Source: a virus (Duplodnaviria > Caudoviricetes). Taken from it: a DNA stretch of 38,224 nt. The position numbers were made by a program, and so were the translations under genes. Every line of letters begins with the position of its first letter. Positions within the stretch are counted from its first letter, which is position 1. The notes beneath the pieces are model-generated. The model made no database searches. It saw only the letters and a list, made by a program, of their open reading frames with translations, and had not been told where the DNA came from. This document shows, one piece after another, positions 7,025 through 15,654 of this stretch. The stretch covers positions 1 to 38,224 of the IMG/VR virus record IMGVR_UViG_3300020042_006260. One strand, given 5' to 3'.

Positions 7025-10000
7025 ATGGCTAAGATAAGTTCATATCCAATATTATCGAATCCTACAGTCAATGACATTTTAATAGGCACTGATGTAGAGA
7101 ATTCAAATATCACCAAGAATTTTTCTATAGGCTCTATTGTAGGTTTAGTTGGTGATGAGTTTGTTCCATACACTGGTGCTACTGGAAATGTAAACCTAGG
7201 TGCATTTAATATTACATCATCCTCATTTATTGTTGCAGGTGGAACTGCTAGTCAATTTTTAAAGGCTAATGGTACACTTGACTCTACAGTCTACGTGCCT
7301 GCTACAAGAACGCTAACAATTAATGGAACGACATATAACCTATCAGCTAACAGATCATGGGATCTTAATACAGTTGATAGCTTAACTACTGTTGGTACAA
7401 GTGGTGCTGCTACCTATATAAGTAAGGTCCTTAACATTCCTATCTATCAGGCTCAGGGTAATTATATTACTCAACTTTCTGGAGAGGCCACTGCTGTAGG
7501 GCCTGGCAATGCTACTGTTACGTTAAGTAATAGTGCTGTAATTAGTAAGATACTAACAGGGTTAAATATTACTGGTGGTACTGTAGTTGATACAGACAGT
7601 ATACTTACTGCGTTTGGTAAGGTGCAGAACCAGATAAATGGATTAGCAGGTGGAGTTGAATACCAAGGAACATGGAATGCTTCTACCAACGTACCATTTT
7701 TACAGAGCTCAGTAGGTGTTCAGGGATATTACTATGTAGTAAGTGTAGCAGGAAACACAAACCTTAATGGGATTACTGACTGGCAGCTTGGAGACTGGGC
7801 TATATTTAACGGAAGTGTTTGGCAGAAGGTAGACAATACCGATGCAGTTGTAAGTGTTAATGGATACACAGGTGCAGTTGTGCTTACTGCTGCTGATGTA
7901 GGTGCAGTTCCTACAGGAAGAATCCTAACTATTAATGGTGTAGGCTACAACTTAACTGCTGACAGATCATGGACTGTAGGTGATGTACGTACAGACCAGA
8001 CCTATACTAATCCATCATTTATTGCTTCACTAGCATGGAGTAAGATTACCGGAACGCCTACCACACTAGCTGGATACGGCATTACTGATGGTGCTTTAAA
8101 GGCAACTACGATAACCATTAATGGGGTTACGTTTGACTTGTCTGCTAACAGGACATATAATGTTGGTACGGTAACAAGTGTTGGCACTAGTGGACCACTT
8201 ACCGGTGGAACTATCACTGGATCGGGCACTATCGGAATCACTCAAGCAGGCACATCAACAGATGGTTATCTATCTAGCACAGACTGGAATACATTTAACA
8301 ATAAGCAGAACGCATTAACGAATCCTGTAACAGGCACTGGAACTATTAATACCCTGCCAATGTGGGGAGGTGCCACATCATTAGTTAATAGCCCACTGTC
8401 TTATGGAACTGATGCATTTAACTTTCAGTATAATAGCGCAACCGGTGGTACAGTAAACTTTACAAATATTGGATTGACTACGTACACGTACTCAATTCAG
8501 ATGAATAACTTTGGATCTCCGAGGTCAACTTTTCATAGTTATACTGATGGTATAGTAGTTCAGTCTATTGGAGGCACTCAGGTGTCTAGAGTATTTGCTA
8601 ATGGCAACTTCATTCTAGGAACAGGGGTTGTAGACAATGGATACAAGCTTGAGATAACTGGTAACCTGTATGTGAATAGTATTGTAAACGCTACTACTGA
8701 TACTGACAGATTCATTGTATCTGATGGAGGCGTTATCAAGTACAGAACAGGAGCTGAGTTACTTAGTGACATTGGTGGTCAGGGAGCCTTGACTTTGACA
8801 ACTACAGGAAGCAGTGGCTCATCAACATTTATATCTAACGTGTTGAATGTACCTACCTATACCCTGAGTGGATTAGGCGGGGTACCTACTAGCAGAACGA
8901 TTACGATTAATGGTACAACTCAAGACTTGTCTGCTGACCGTACGTATAGCGTTGGAACCGTTACAAGCGTTGCTGCTTTGACTTTAGGCACAAGTGGTAC
9001 TGACCTATCATCTTCAGTTGCTAATGGCACTACGACTCCTGTAATTACCTTAAACGTACCTACAGCGTCAGCTACTAATAGAGGTGCATTAAGTGCAGCT
9101 GATTGGAGTACATTTAATAGCAAGCAGAACACAATTACACTTACCACTACAGGCACTAGTGGAGCGGCTACATTGATAGGTGCTACATTAAACATTCCTC
9201 AGTATCAAGCGGCAGGAACTTATGTTACAAGCGTAACGGCAAGTAGTCCATTGTTCTCAAGTGGAGGGATTACTCCTAACATTACTATTCAGCAAGCAAG
9301 TGGGTCTCAGAGTGGATTTCTATCTAGTACAGATTGGAATACGTTCAATAATAAGCAAAACGTTTTAACTAACCCAGTAACTGGAACAGGTAGTGCAGGA
9401 CAAGTTTCTTATTGGTCATCATCTTCTGTAATAACAGGGGAGAGTAACCTATTTTGGGATGCTACAAATGACAGACTTGGAATAGGAACAAATACTCCAA
9501 GTCAATCATTACATATATCTGGACCATCAACCACATCTATGCAAATTCAAGCAGGAGGTGGGGCTTTCTCTTATATTCAATTATCAACTCCAGCATCAGA
9601 TAGTGGATACTTAATTAAAAATATTGCAACTGGTAATGGTGCTTTAGATAAGTCGCTTTATTTATTTAATGCAGTTGGTCCAATTCAATTTGTTCCAAGT
9701 GGGATAATGGCAAATGCAGTAACCGTTACCACAGGCGGCAATCTACTTGTCGGCACAACCACAGACAACGGCGCAAAATTGCAAGTTAATGGTGATACTC
9801 ATATAATAAACTCAGATGCAAGGCTAAGAGGCGGAGATGTTACAGGTAGACTTGTAGTAGGTAATTCTGCAACTTCAACATATCAAATATTTTATGGAAG
9901 TTCACACGCAAGTGTTCCAAACGTAATAACTTTTGTCACAAATAGTGCATTGGCATTAACATTAGCAGCAAATCAAGCGGCTACCTTCTCAAGCAGCGTG

Positions 10001-11791
10001 CAAGGATCAGGATTCTTTTCCGTTGGAAGTTTAAATAATACGAATGGCTCTTTTTATATAGACCATCCTGGAACACAAACTTGGAAGATTGGAATTACAA
10101 ACGCAAACACTTCTACATTCTCAATAGGTAATGATAACGGGGGAGCATTTGCAACTAAGGTTTTAAACATAACCAACGCAGGCAACGTAGGCATCGGTAC
10201 GGCTAGTCCTAGTGCTAAACTAAATGTATCAGGAGATATTCATATAGGAGATTATGGAACTGCTGCTTTAAGACTTTTAGATTTAAGATCAAGCAATTCT
10301 ATTCTTTCAATACAAACAGATGGAACTTCAGGAGGATTAGGCACTAATATAATTTATTCTTGGGCTAATGGAGGACAAGGTCCATTAAGATTTAGTAACG
10401 CTAGTAGTGAGGTTATGAGGTTAGCAGGCAATGGCAACGTGCTGATTGGAACTTTAACATCGGCTGCTTCAGTTTTTAAATTGCAAGTAGGTGATGGTGG
10501 AAGTGACACAAGAGTTTATTTAAATCCTAGTAATGCTTTTGCCTTAGGAATTTCTAACTCAGGAAGTAATGCATATTATTTAGGGGTTGCGTCAAGTGGT
10601 TCAACAAGTAATATGCAAATTTTTAATGCGAGTGCATCAACAACTCCATTAACAATAACGTATGGCGGCAACGTACTTATTGGTGGAACAAGTAGCACAA
10701 ACTCTGTGGCTGCTTTACAAGTTTTTGGAAGCACTACTGTATCCACAAATAATGGACAAATCAGAATTAATGATTCTGCAACTACTAGCAAGACATTATC
10801 GATTGGGGTAGATGGTGCAAATAATGTAGCCTTTTTACAATCTTTCCAAGATGGTGTTGCATACAGAAGTTTAATACTTAATGGATTAGGAGGCAACGTA
10901 GGCATCGGCACGGCTAGTCCTGATGCAAATTTAGATGTTGTGAGGGGTTCTACTGGTACTGTTGCTACTTTTGGAATTGAAGGCTTAACAATTAATCCAA
11001 GATTGAGAATTGATGCGGATGAAGCTAATAACACGATTACATTAAATCCTAATTATAGTGGAGGAGTTTCACCAGCATTAGTATTTAAAACGGCTGAAGT
11101 AGAACGAATGCGCATTACTTCGGGGGGGAATGTAGGCATCGGCACGAGTAATCCTGAATCAAGCCGATTACTTGTTAGAGGTTCAACATCAGATAGTACA
11201 TCAAATATATTTCAGGCTTCAAATTTAGCAGGTGCAACAAGATTTATGGTAAGAGCAGACGGGCAAAGTAGTTTCTTTGCTTCAAATGATTCTGAATCAA
11301 TGCGCATCACTACGGGTGGCAACGTGCTGATTGGAACGACAACGGATGCAGGATATACACTAAATCTTGTAGGTAATGCTCAGATAATTAAGAGCAGTAC
11401 ATCTACAGCTATGGTTGTAGGACTAAGTGGAGTGACAGGTTCTATCATAAGATTCAGTTACAATGGTGGATTCGTAGGGTCAATCTCAACTGATGGGTCA
11501 AACACTGCTTACAACACCTCTTCTGACTACAGATTGAAAGAGCAAGTAAGAGCTATTGATAATCCACTAGAGAAAGTATTGAAATTAAATCCTGTTAACT
11601 TTAAGTACAAAAATTCTAACACTAGACAAGATGGATTCATAGCACACGAGATACAAGAGATACTTCCGTACCTTGTGACAGGAGAAAAGGATGGGGTAGA
11701 AATGCAGGAAGTGGACTACTCTAAGCTTACCCCTATACTAATTGCAGCAATTAAGGAACTCAAACAAGAAATAGATAAACTAAGAAAATGA
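7025..11791 (+). CDS. Long modular fibre protein with C-terminal peptidase S74 intramolecular chaperone
   Basis: Gly/Thr/Ser-rich repeats; GNVGIGT/GNVLIGT repeats; C-terminal TSSDYRLKE...LNPV.F.Y...GFIAHE.QE..P..V...VDYSKL.P.LI.AIKEL. Confidence 0.9.
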   Translation: MAKISSYPILSNPTVNDILIGTDVENSNITKNFSIGSIVGLVGDEFVPYTGATGNVNLGAFNITSSSFIVAGGTASQFLKANGTLDSTVYVPATRTLTINGTTYNLSANRSWDLNTVDSLTTVGTSGAATYISKVLNIPIYQAQGNYITQLSGEATAVGPGNATVTLSNSAVISKILTGLNITGGTVVDTDSILTAFGKVQNQINGLAGGVEYQGTWNASTNVPFLQSSVGVQGYYYVVSVAGNTNLNGITDWQLGDWAIFNGSVWQKVDNTDAVVSVNGYTGAVVLTAADVGAVPTGRILTINGVGYNLTADRSWTVGDVRTDQTYTNPSFIASLAWSKITGTPTTLAGYGITDGALKATTITINGVTFDLSANRTYNVGTVTSVGTSGPLTGGTITGSGTIGITQAGTSTDGYLSSTDWNTFNNKQNALTNPVTGTGTINTLPMWGGATSLVNSPLSYGTDAFNFQYNSATGGTVNFTNIGLTTYTYSIQMNNFGSPRSTFHSYTDGIVVQSIGGTQVSRVFANGNFILGTGVVDNGYKLEITGNLYVNSIVNATTDTDRFIVSDGGVIKYRTGAELLSDIGGQGALTLTTTGSSGSSTFISNVLNVPTYTLSGLGGVPTSRTITINGTTQDLSADRTYSVGTVTSVAALTLGTSGTDLSSSVANGTTTPVITLNVPTASATNRGALSAADWSTFNSKQNTITLTTTGTSGAATLIGATLNIPQYQAAGTYVTSVTASSPLFSSGGITPNITIQQASGSQSGFLSSTDWNTFNNKQNVLTNPVTGTGSAGQVSYWSSSSVITGESNLFWDATNDRLGIGTNTPSQSLHISGPSTTSMQIQAGGGAFSYIQLSTPASDSGYLIKNIATGNGALDKSLYLFNAVGPIQFVPSGIMANAVTVTTGGNLLVGTTTDNGAKLQVNGDTHIINSDARLRGGDVTGRLVVGNSATSTYQIFYGSSHASVPNVITFVTNSALALTLAANQAATFSSSVQGSGFFSVGSLNNTNGSFYIDHPGTQTWKIGITNANTSTFSIGNDNGGAFATKVLNITNAGNVGIGTASPSAKLNVSGDIHIGDYGTAALRLLDLRSSNSILSIQTDGTSGGLGTNIIYSWANGGQGPLRFSNASSEVMRLAGNGNVLIGTLTSAASVFKLQVGDGGSDTRVYLNPSNAFALGISNSGSNAYYLGVASSGSTSNMQIFNASASTTPLTITYGGNVLIGGTSSTNSVAALQVFGSTTVSTNNGQIRINDSATTSKTLSIGVDGANNVAFLQSFQDGVAYRSLILNGLGGNVGIGTASPDANLDVVRGSTGTVATFGIEGLTINPRLRIDADEANNTITLNPNYSGGVSPALVFKTAEVERMRITSGGNVGIGTSNPESSRLLVRGSTSDSTSNIFQASNLAGATRFMVRADGQSSFFASNDSESMRITTGGNVLIGTTTDAGYTLNLVGNAQIIKSSTSTAMVVGLSGVTGSIIRFSYNGGFVGSISTDGSNTAYNTSSDYRLKEQVRAIDNPLEKVLKLNPVNFKYKNSNTRQDGFIAHEIQEILPYLVTGEKDGVEMQEVDYSKLTPILIAAIKELKQEIDKLRK
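9735..11345 (+). repeat. Dispersed short direct repeats encoding GNVGIGT/GNVLIGT in the fibre gene
   Basis: 10180-10210 vs 10891-10921 match 30/31; 10432-10452 vs 11317-11337 match 21/21; looser copies near 9737, 10667 and 11126. Confidence 0.85.
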
Positions 11792-12105
11792 AAACAATCG
11801 AAGCAGTCTCTATATGGGACAACGGACAAGTAATTGAAGCTAAGGTTTTAAATACTTACGCTATCAATGTAACACTAGGAACAAGTGCAGTATTCTACTA
11901 TCAGCTATTCGCTGAGAATGTAGACCTAACACTTGGAATGCAAGTAGCACAAGGTAACCTAACAATGACAGGTGAAGCCTACACTCAATGGGAAGTGGAC
12001 TCCTATGCCTGGGATTGGGTTGCAGGTCAACTGAACCTAACCATCACAGGTGACTATGTACCACCAGTTCCTCCTACTCCAGAACCAATCGTAACCGAAG
12101 AATAA
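11788..12105 (+). CDS. Fibre-associated hypothetical protein
   Basis: ATGA-coupled to the fibre gene; Pro-rich acidic tail. Confidence 0.7.
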   Translation: MKTIEAVSIWDNGQVIEAKVLNTYAINVTLGTSAVFYYQLFAENVDLTLGMQVAQGNLTMTGEAYTQWEVDSYAWDWVAGQLNLTITGDYVPPVPPTPEPIVTEE

Positions 12106-12107
12106 TC

Positions 12108-12344
12108 ATGGCAAATATTAGCTCATACGCTGTAGATGGAAGCGTATCATACAACGACAAACTTATTGGCACTGATGCTGAGGACAGCAACAAGACTAAG
12201 AACTTTACTGTGGGTAGCATCCTAGCTATGCCCCTACCAAGTGTGCCCGTATACGCTAACAACACAGCAGCAAAGGCAGCAGGATTGACAGCAGGAAAGA
12301 TATACAGAATCACAGGAACAGATACTGCCGGAGTAGTTTGGTAG
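12108..12344 (+). CDS. Short paralogue of the fibre N-terminal anchor domain
   Basis: MANISSY...NDKLIGTDAEDSNKTKNFTVGSI vs fibre MAKISSY...NDILIGTDVENSNITKNFSIGSI. Confidence 0.8.
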   Translation: MANISSYAVDGSVSYNDKLIGTDAEDSNKTKNFTVGSILAMPLPSVPVYANNTAAKAAGLTAGKIYRITGTDTAGVVW

Positions 12345-12367
12345 TAAGTTGAATTAAATTTAATCTA

Positions 12368-12595
12368 ATGGATATAAGAAAGATATCGGTAGGCCCAGAT
12401 TACAAGGGCAGCTCAATGCATTACATTGTGGGTCAGAAGGTCCTTGGTGATAGCCATGAGATTCATCTCATTAAGTTCATCATGGATACTGGATCAATTA
12501 GGATCTATATTATAAACGAGAAGCAGGAGGTGGTGATGTGGAAGGAATTTACATACACTATGCCTGTGGCTATTGAGTATAATATAAACTACTAA
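12368..12595 (+). CDS. Hypothetical protein upstream of terminase
   Basis: 75 aa (IRKISVGPDYK..MHY.VGQ); coupled to the next gene. Confidence 0.8.
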   Translation: MDIRKISVGPDYKGSSMHYIVGQKVLGDSHEIHLIKFIMDTGSIRIYIINEKQEVVMWKEFTYTMPVAIEYNINY

Positions 12596-13158
12596 TGCAG
12601 TCCCCATTTGACTTTATCGTGAAGCCTATAAATGGTGAGCGATACAACAACACCAAGGATATTGGTGGCATTGAGTTCATTGTCAACACATCAGAGGAGG
12701 ACCACAAGTTCTCAAACAGATATGCTGAGGTGATTGAGGTGCCCTACGGATACGATGGTCCAATACAGCCTGGAGATACTCTTCTGGTTCACCATAACGC
12801 CTTCAAGTTCTACAACGACATGAAGGGTAGGCGTAAGAGTGGTCGATCATTTTTTAGAGACGATCAGTTCTTCATTGAGCCTGATCAGTTCTATCTATAC
12901 CGTAGAAACGGCACATGGAACACATACAATCGCTACTGCTTTGTTAAGCCAATAGCAGCCATTGATTCCTACATTAAGAAGCCATTCACTCACGAGCCAC
13001 TCATGGGGGAGATGGTGTATCCAAACGAGTACCTCTCAACGCAAGGGATAAGAGAAGGTGACAAGGTATGCTTCAAGCCAGACAGTGAGTATGAGTTTGA
13101 TGTGGATGGTCAGAAGCTATATAGGATGTACGATCATCAAATAACTATTAAGCTATGA
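12595..13158 (+). CDS. Putative tandem GroES-like domain protein
   Basis: Two units: FIVKP...AEVIEVP...IQPGDTLLV and CFVKP...GEMVY...IREGDKVCF...EFDVDGQKLYRM...I. Confidence 0.55.
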   Translation: MQSPFDFIVKPINGERYNNTKDIGGIEFIVNTSEEDHKFSNRYAEVIEVPYGYDGPIQPGDTLLVHHNAFKFYNDMKGRRKSGRSFFRDDQFFIEPDQFYLYRRNGTWNTYNRYCFVKPIAAIDSYIKKPFTHEPLMGEMVYPNEYLSTQGIREGDKVCFKPDSEYEFDVDGQKLYRMYDHQITIKL

Positions 13159-13448
13159 GAGACTCAAAGGAAATAAAGCTTAAGATAATTGAGGCAGGAC
13201 ACCAGGCTGTAGAGCAGCTAATTAAGGTGGCTAAGGAGGCAATCATAAAGAATGAGGCTGAGGATGAGCTGTCTGCTGATAGGTTAAAGAATGCCGCAGC
13301 TACAAAGAAGTTAGCAATCTTTGATGCGTTTGAGATTCTCAATAGGATAGAGGCTGAGCGTGAAGCTCTTGAGATGTTGGATAAGGGAGTTAACAGAACA
13401 GAAACTAAACAAGGATTTGCAGAGCGAAGGTCTATATCGAATCGTTAA
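13155..13448 (+). CDS. Putative terminase small subunit
   Basis: Helical 97-aa protein directly upstream of, and overlapping, TerL (positional inference). Confidence 0.55.
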   Translation: MRDSKEIKLKIIEAGHQAVEQLIKVAKEAIIKNEAEDELSADRLKNAAATKKLAIFDAFEILNRIEAEREALEMLDKGVNRTETKQGFAERRSISNR

Positions 13449-15654
13449 GGACTACGTTCCTCAGAATGCTCTAAGTAAAAAGAACAGCGGAAGGACATGG
13501 CTGTACGGATACAATGAGCAGTACGACATGGTCGTTATATCTAGGACTGGAGAGATAGGTGATATCATAAATATCTCAGGGCTACATGTGGCCCTACCTA
13601 AGTCAACTAAAGAATGCTTCTCAAGAAGTAAGAATGTTAGGGACCAGTACTGGCAGAGGCAGGATTTGCCAAAGGAGCTATCGAAGATACAGTCAATTTT
13701 TCACTGGAATGAGATGCCTGCTGAGTTTAAGGACAGCTGGGTAGACTACATTGAGGAGGAGTTCAATAGGCGTGAGGATGGCATGTGGTTCATGAATGAT
13801 GGGCATCCAACGTACATCACAGGTTCTCACTACATGTACTTGCAGTGGTCCAGCATTGACGTAGGGTACGCAGACTACCGTGAGGCTAACCGTATATTCT
13901 TTATATTCTGGGAGGCATGTAAGGCAGACATGAGATCGTTTGGCATGATCTATTTAAAGATTAGACGTTCAGGGTTCTCATTTATGTCATCATCTGAGTG
14001 TGTTAACATAGCCACTCTTGCTCGTGACTCTAGGGTTGGCATATTGTCTAAGACAGGTGCTGATGCTAAGAGGATGTTCACTGACAAGGTGGTACCTATA
14101 AATAGCAGGCTACCATTCTTCTTTAGACCAATAATGGATGGTATGGACAAGCCAAAGACTGAGCTTGCGTATCGGGTACCGGCATCAAAAATCACTAAGA
14201 AGAACATGGTAAATACCAATGACAATGATGTGCTTGGCCTAGATACTACAATTGACTGGAAGAATACTGAGGAGAACTCTTACGATGGTGAGAAGCTACT
14301 GTTCCTAGCACACGATGAGAGTGCTAAGTGGACTAAGCCAAATAATATCCTCAACAACTGGAGAGTAACTAAGACCTGTCTAAGGGTTGGTAGCAAGATT
14401 ATTGGCAAGTGCATGATGGGATCTACATCCAATGCATTGAGCAAGGGTGGGGATAACTACAAGAGGTTATATGAGGATTCAAATGTTGTTAATAGAAACG
14501 CTAATGGACAGACTAAGAGTGGGCTATACTCTTTGTTTATACCGATGGAGTGGAACATGGAGGGATTCATTGATAGGTATGGCATGCCTATACTTAGAAA
14601 GCCTGCTGCTCCTATACTTGGTGTTGACAACCAGATGATAAGAAATGGTGCTATAGACTACTGGGAGGCTGAGGTTGATTCATTAAAAAATGATGCCGAT
14701 GCACTCAACGAGTTCTACCGACAGTTCCCTAGGACAGAGTCGCATGCATTCAGGGACGAGAGTAAGTCATCTATCTTTAACCTGACTAAAATTTATCAGC
14801 AGATAGACTACAACGACTCTATGATTGAGGGTCAGATGGTTACACGTGGTGGGTTTCATTGGAGGGATGGTGAAAAGGACAGCAAGGTTATATGGACACC
14901 TGATCAGCGTGGTCGGTTCTTAATTAGCTGGGTCCCTCCTACCAACATGCAGAACAATGTCATCACTAGGAACGGAATGAAGTACCCTGGTAACGAGCAC
15001 CTTGGATCATTTGGCTGTGACCCATACGACATCTCTGCTGTAGTTGGTGGACGTGGATCTAATGGATCATTGCATGGTATGACTAAGTACCACATGGACG
15101 ATGCTCCTGCTAATCAGTTCTTCCTTGAGTACATTGCTAGACCACAGACTGCTGAGATATTCTTTGAGGATGTGCTGATGGCGTGTATCTTTTATGGTAT
15201 GCCTGTGCTTGCGGAGAATAACAAGGCACGTATACTGTACCACTTTAAGAACAGGGGATACAGAGCGTTTTCATTGAACAGACCCGACAGGGTACTAAAT
15301 AAGCTCAGTAAGACAGAGCGAGAGCTTGGGGGTATACCTAACTCATCTGAAGAAGTTAAGCAGGCCCACGCCTCTGCAATTGAGTCCTACATCGAGAAGT
15401 TTGTTGGCTTCGATATGACATCAACCTACCGACCTGCTGATGAGATTGGCACTATGCCATTCATCAGGACACTTGAGGACTGGGCTAAGTTTGACATTAA
15501 TGATAGAACAAAGCATGATGCCTCTATAAGTTCTGGCTTAGCTATAATGGCAAATCAAAAACATGTATATTTACCAGATAAAAAAGAATCGAAAATTAGT
15601 GTTAATTTCGCAAAGTACGCTAACACTGGAAATCAAAGTAAAATTATTAGATGA
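13417..15654 (+). CDS. terL: Terminase large subunit (start uncertain: TTG 13417, GTG 13360 or other)
   Basis: Walker A-like LKIRRSGFS, Walker B LFLAHDES, coupling motif GST, nuclease motifs FGCDPYD and HDASISS. Confidence 0.88.
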   Translation: MQSEGLYRIVKDYVPQNALSKKNSGRTWLYGYNEQYDMVVISRTGEIGDIINISGLHVALPKSTKECFSRSKNVRDQYWQRQDLPKELSKIQSIFHWNEMPAEFKDSWVDYIEEEFNRREDGMWFMNDGHPTYITGSHYMYLQWSSIDVGYADYREANRIFFIFWEACKADMRSFGMIYLKIRRSGFSFMSSSECVNIATLARDSRVGILSKTGADAKRMFTDKVVPINSRLPFFFRPIMDGMDKPKTELAYRVPASKITKKNMVNTNDNDVLGLDTTIDWKNTEENSYDGEKLLFLAHDESAKWTKPNNILNNWRVTKTCLRVGSKIIGKCMMGSTSNALSKGGDNYKRLYEDSNVVNRNANGQTKSGLYSLFIPMEWNMEGFIDRYGMPILRKPAAPILGVDNQMIRNGAIDYWEAEVDSLKNDADALNEFYRQFPRTESHAFRDESKSSIFNLTKIYQQIDYNDSMIEGQMVTRGGFHWRDGEKDSKVIWTPDQRGRFLISWVPPTNMQNNVITRNGMKYPGNEHLGSFGCDPYDISAVVGGRGSNGSLHGMTKYHMDDAPANQFFLEYIARPQTAEIFFEDVLMACIFYGMPVLAENNKARILYHFKNRGYRAFSLNRPDRVLNKLSKTERELGGIPNSSEEVKQAHASAIESYIEKFVGFDMTSTYRPADEIGTMPFIRTLEDWAKFDINDRTKHDASISSGLAIMANQKHVYLPDKKESKISVNFAKYANTGNQSKIIR

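Noticed and set aside
7471-11034. Minus-strand ORFs within the fibre gene
   Set aside because: Antisense shadows of Thr/Gly-rich codons; no leaders or recognisable motifs.
9735-11345. CRISPR array, shufflon or DGR interpretation of the fibre repeats
   Set aside because: The repeats are in-frame, direct, degenerate and hundreds of bases apart. No cas, invertase or reverse transcriptase gene is present, and no template/variable repeat pair was seen.
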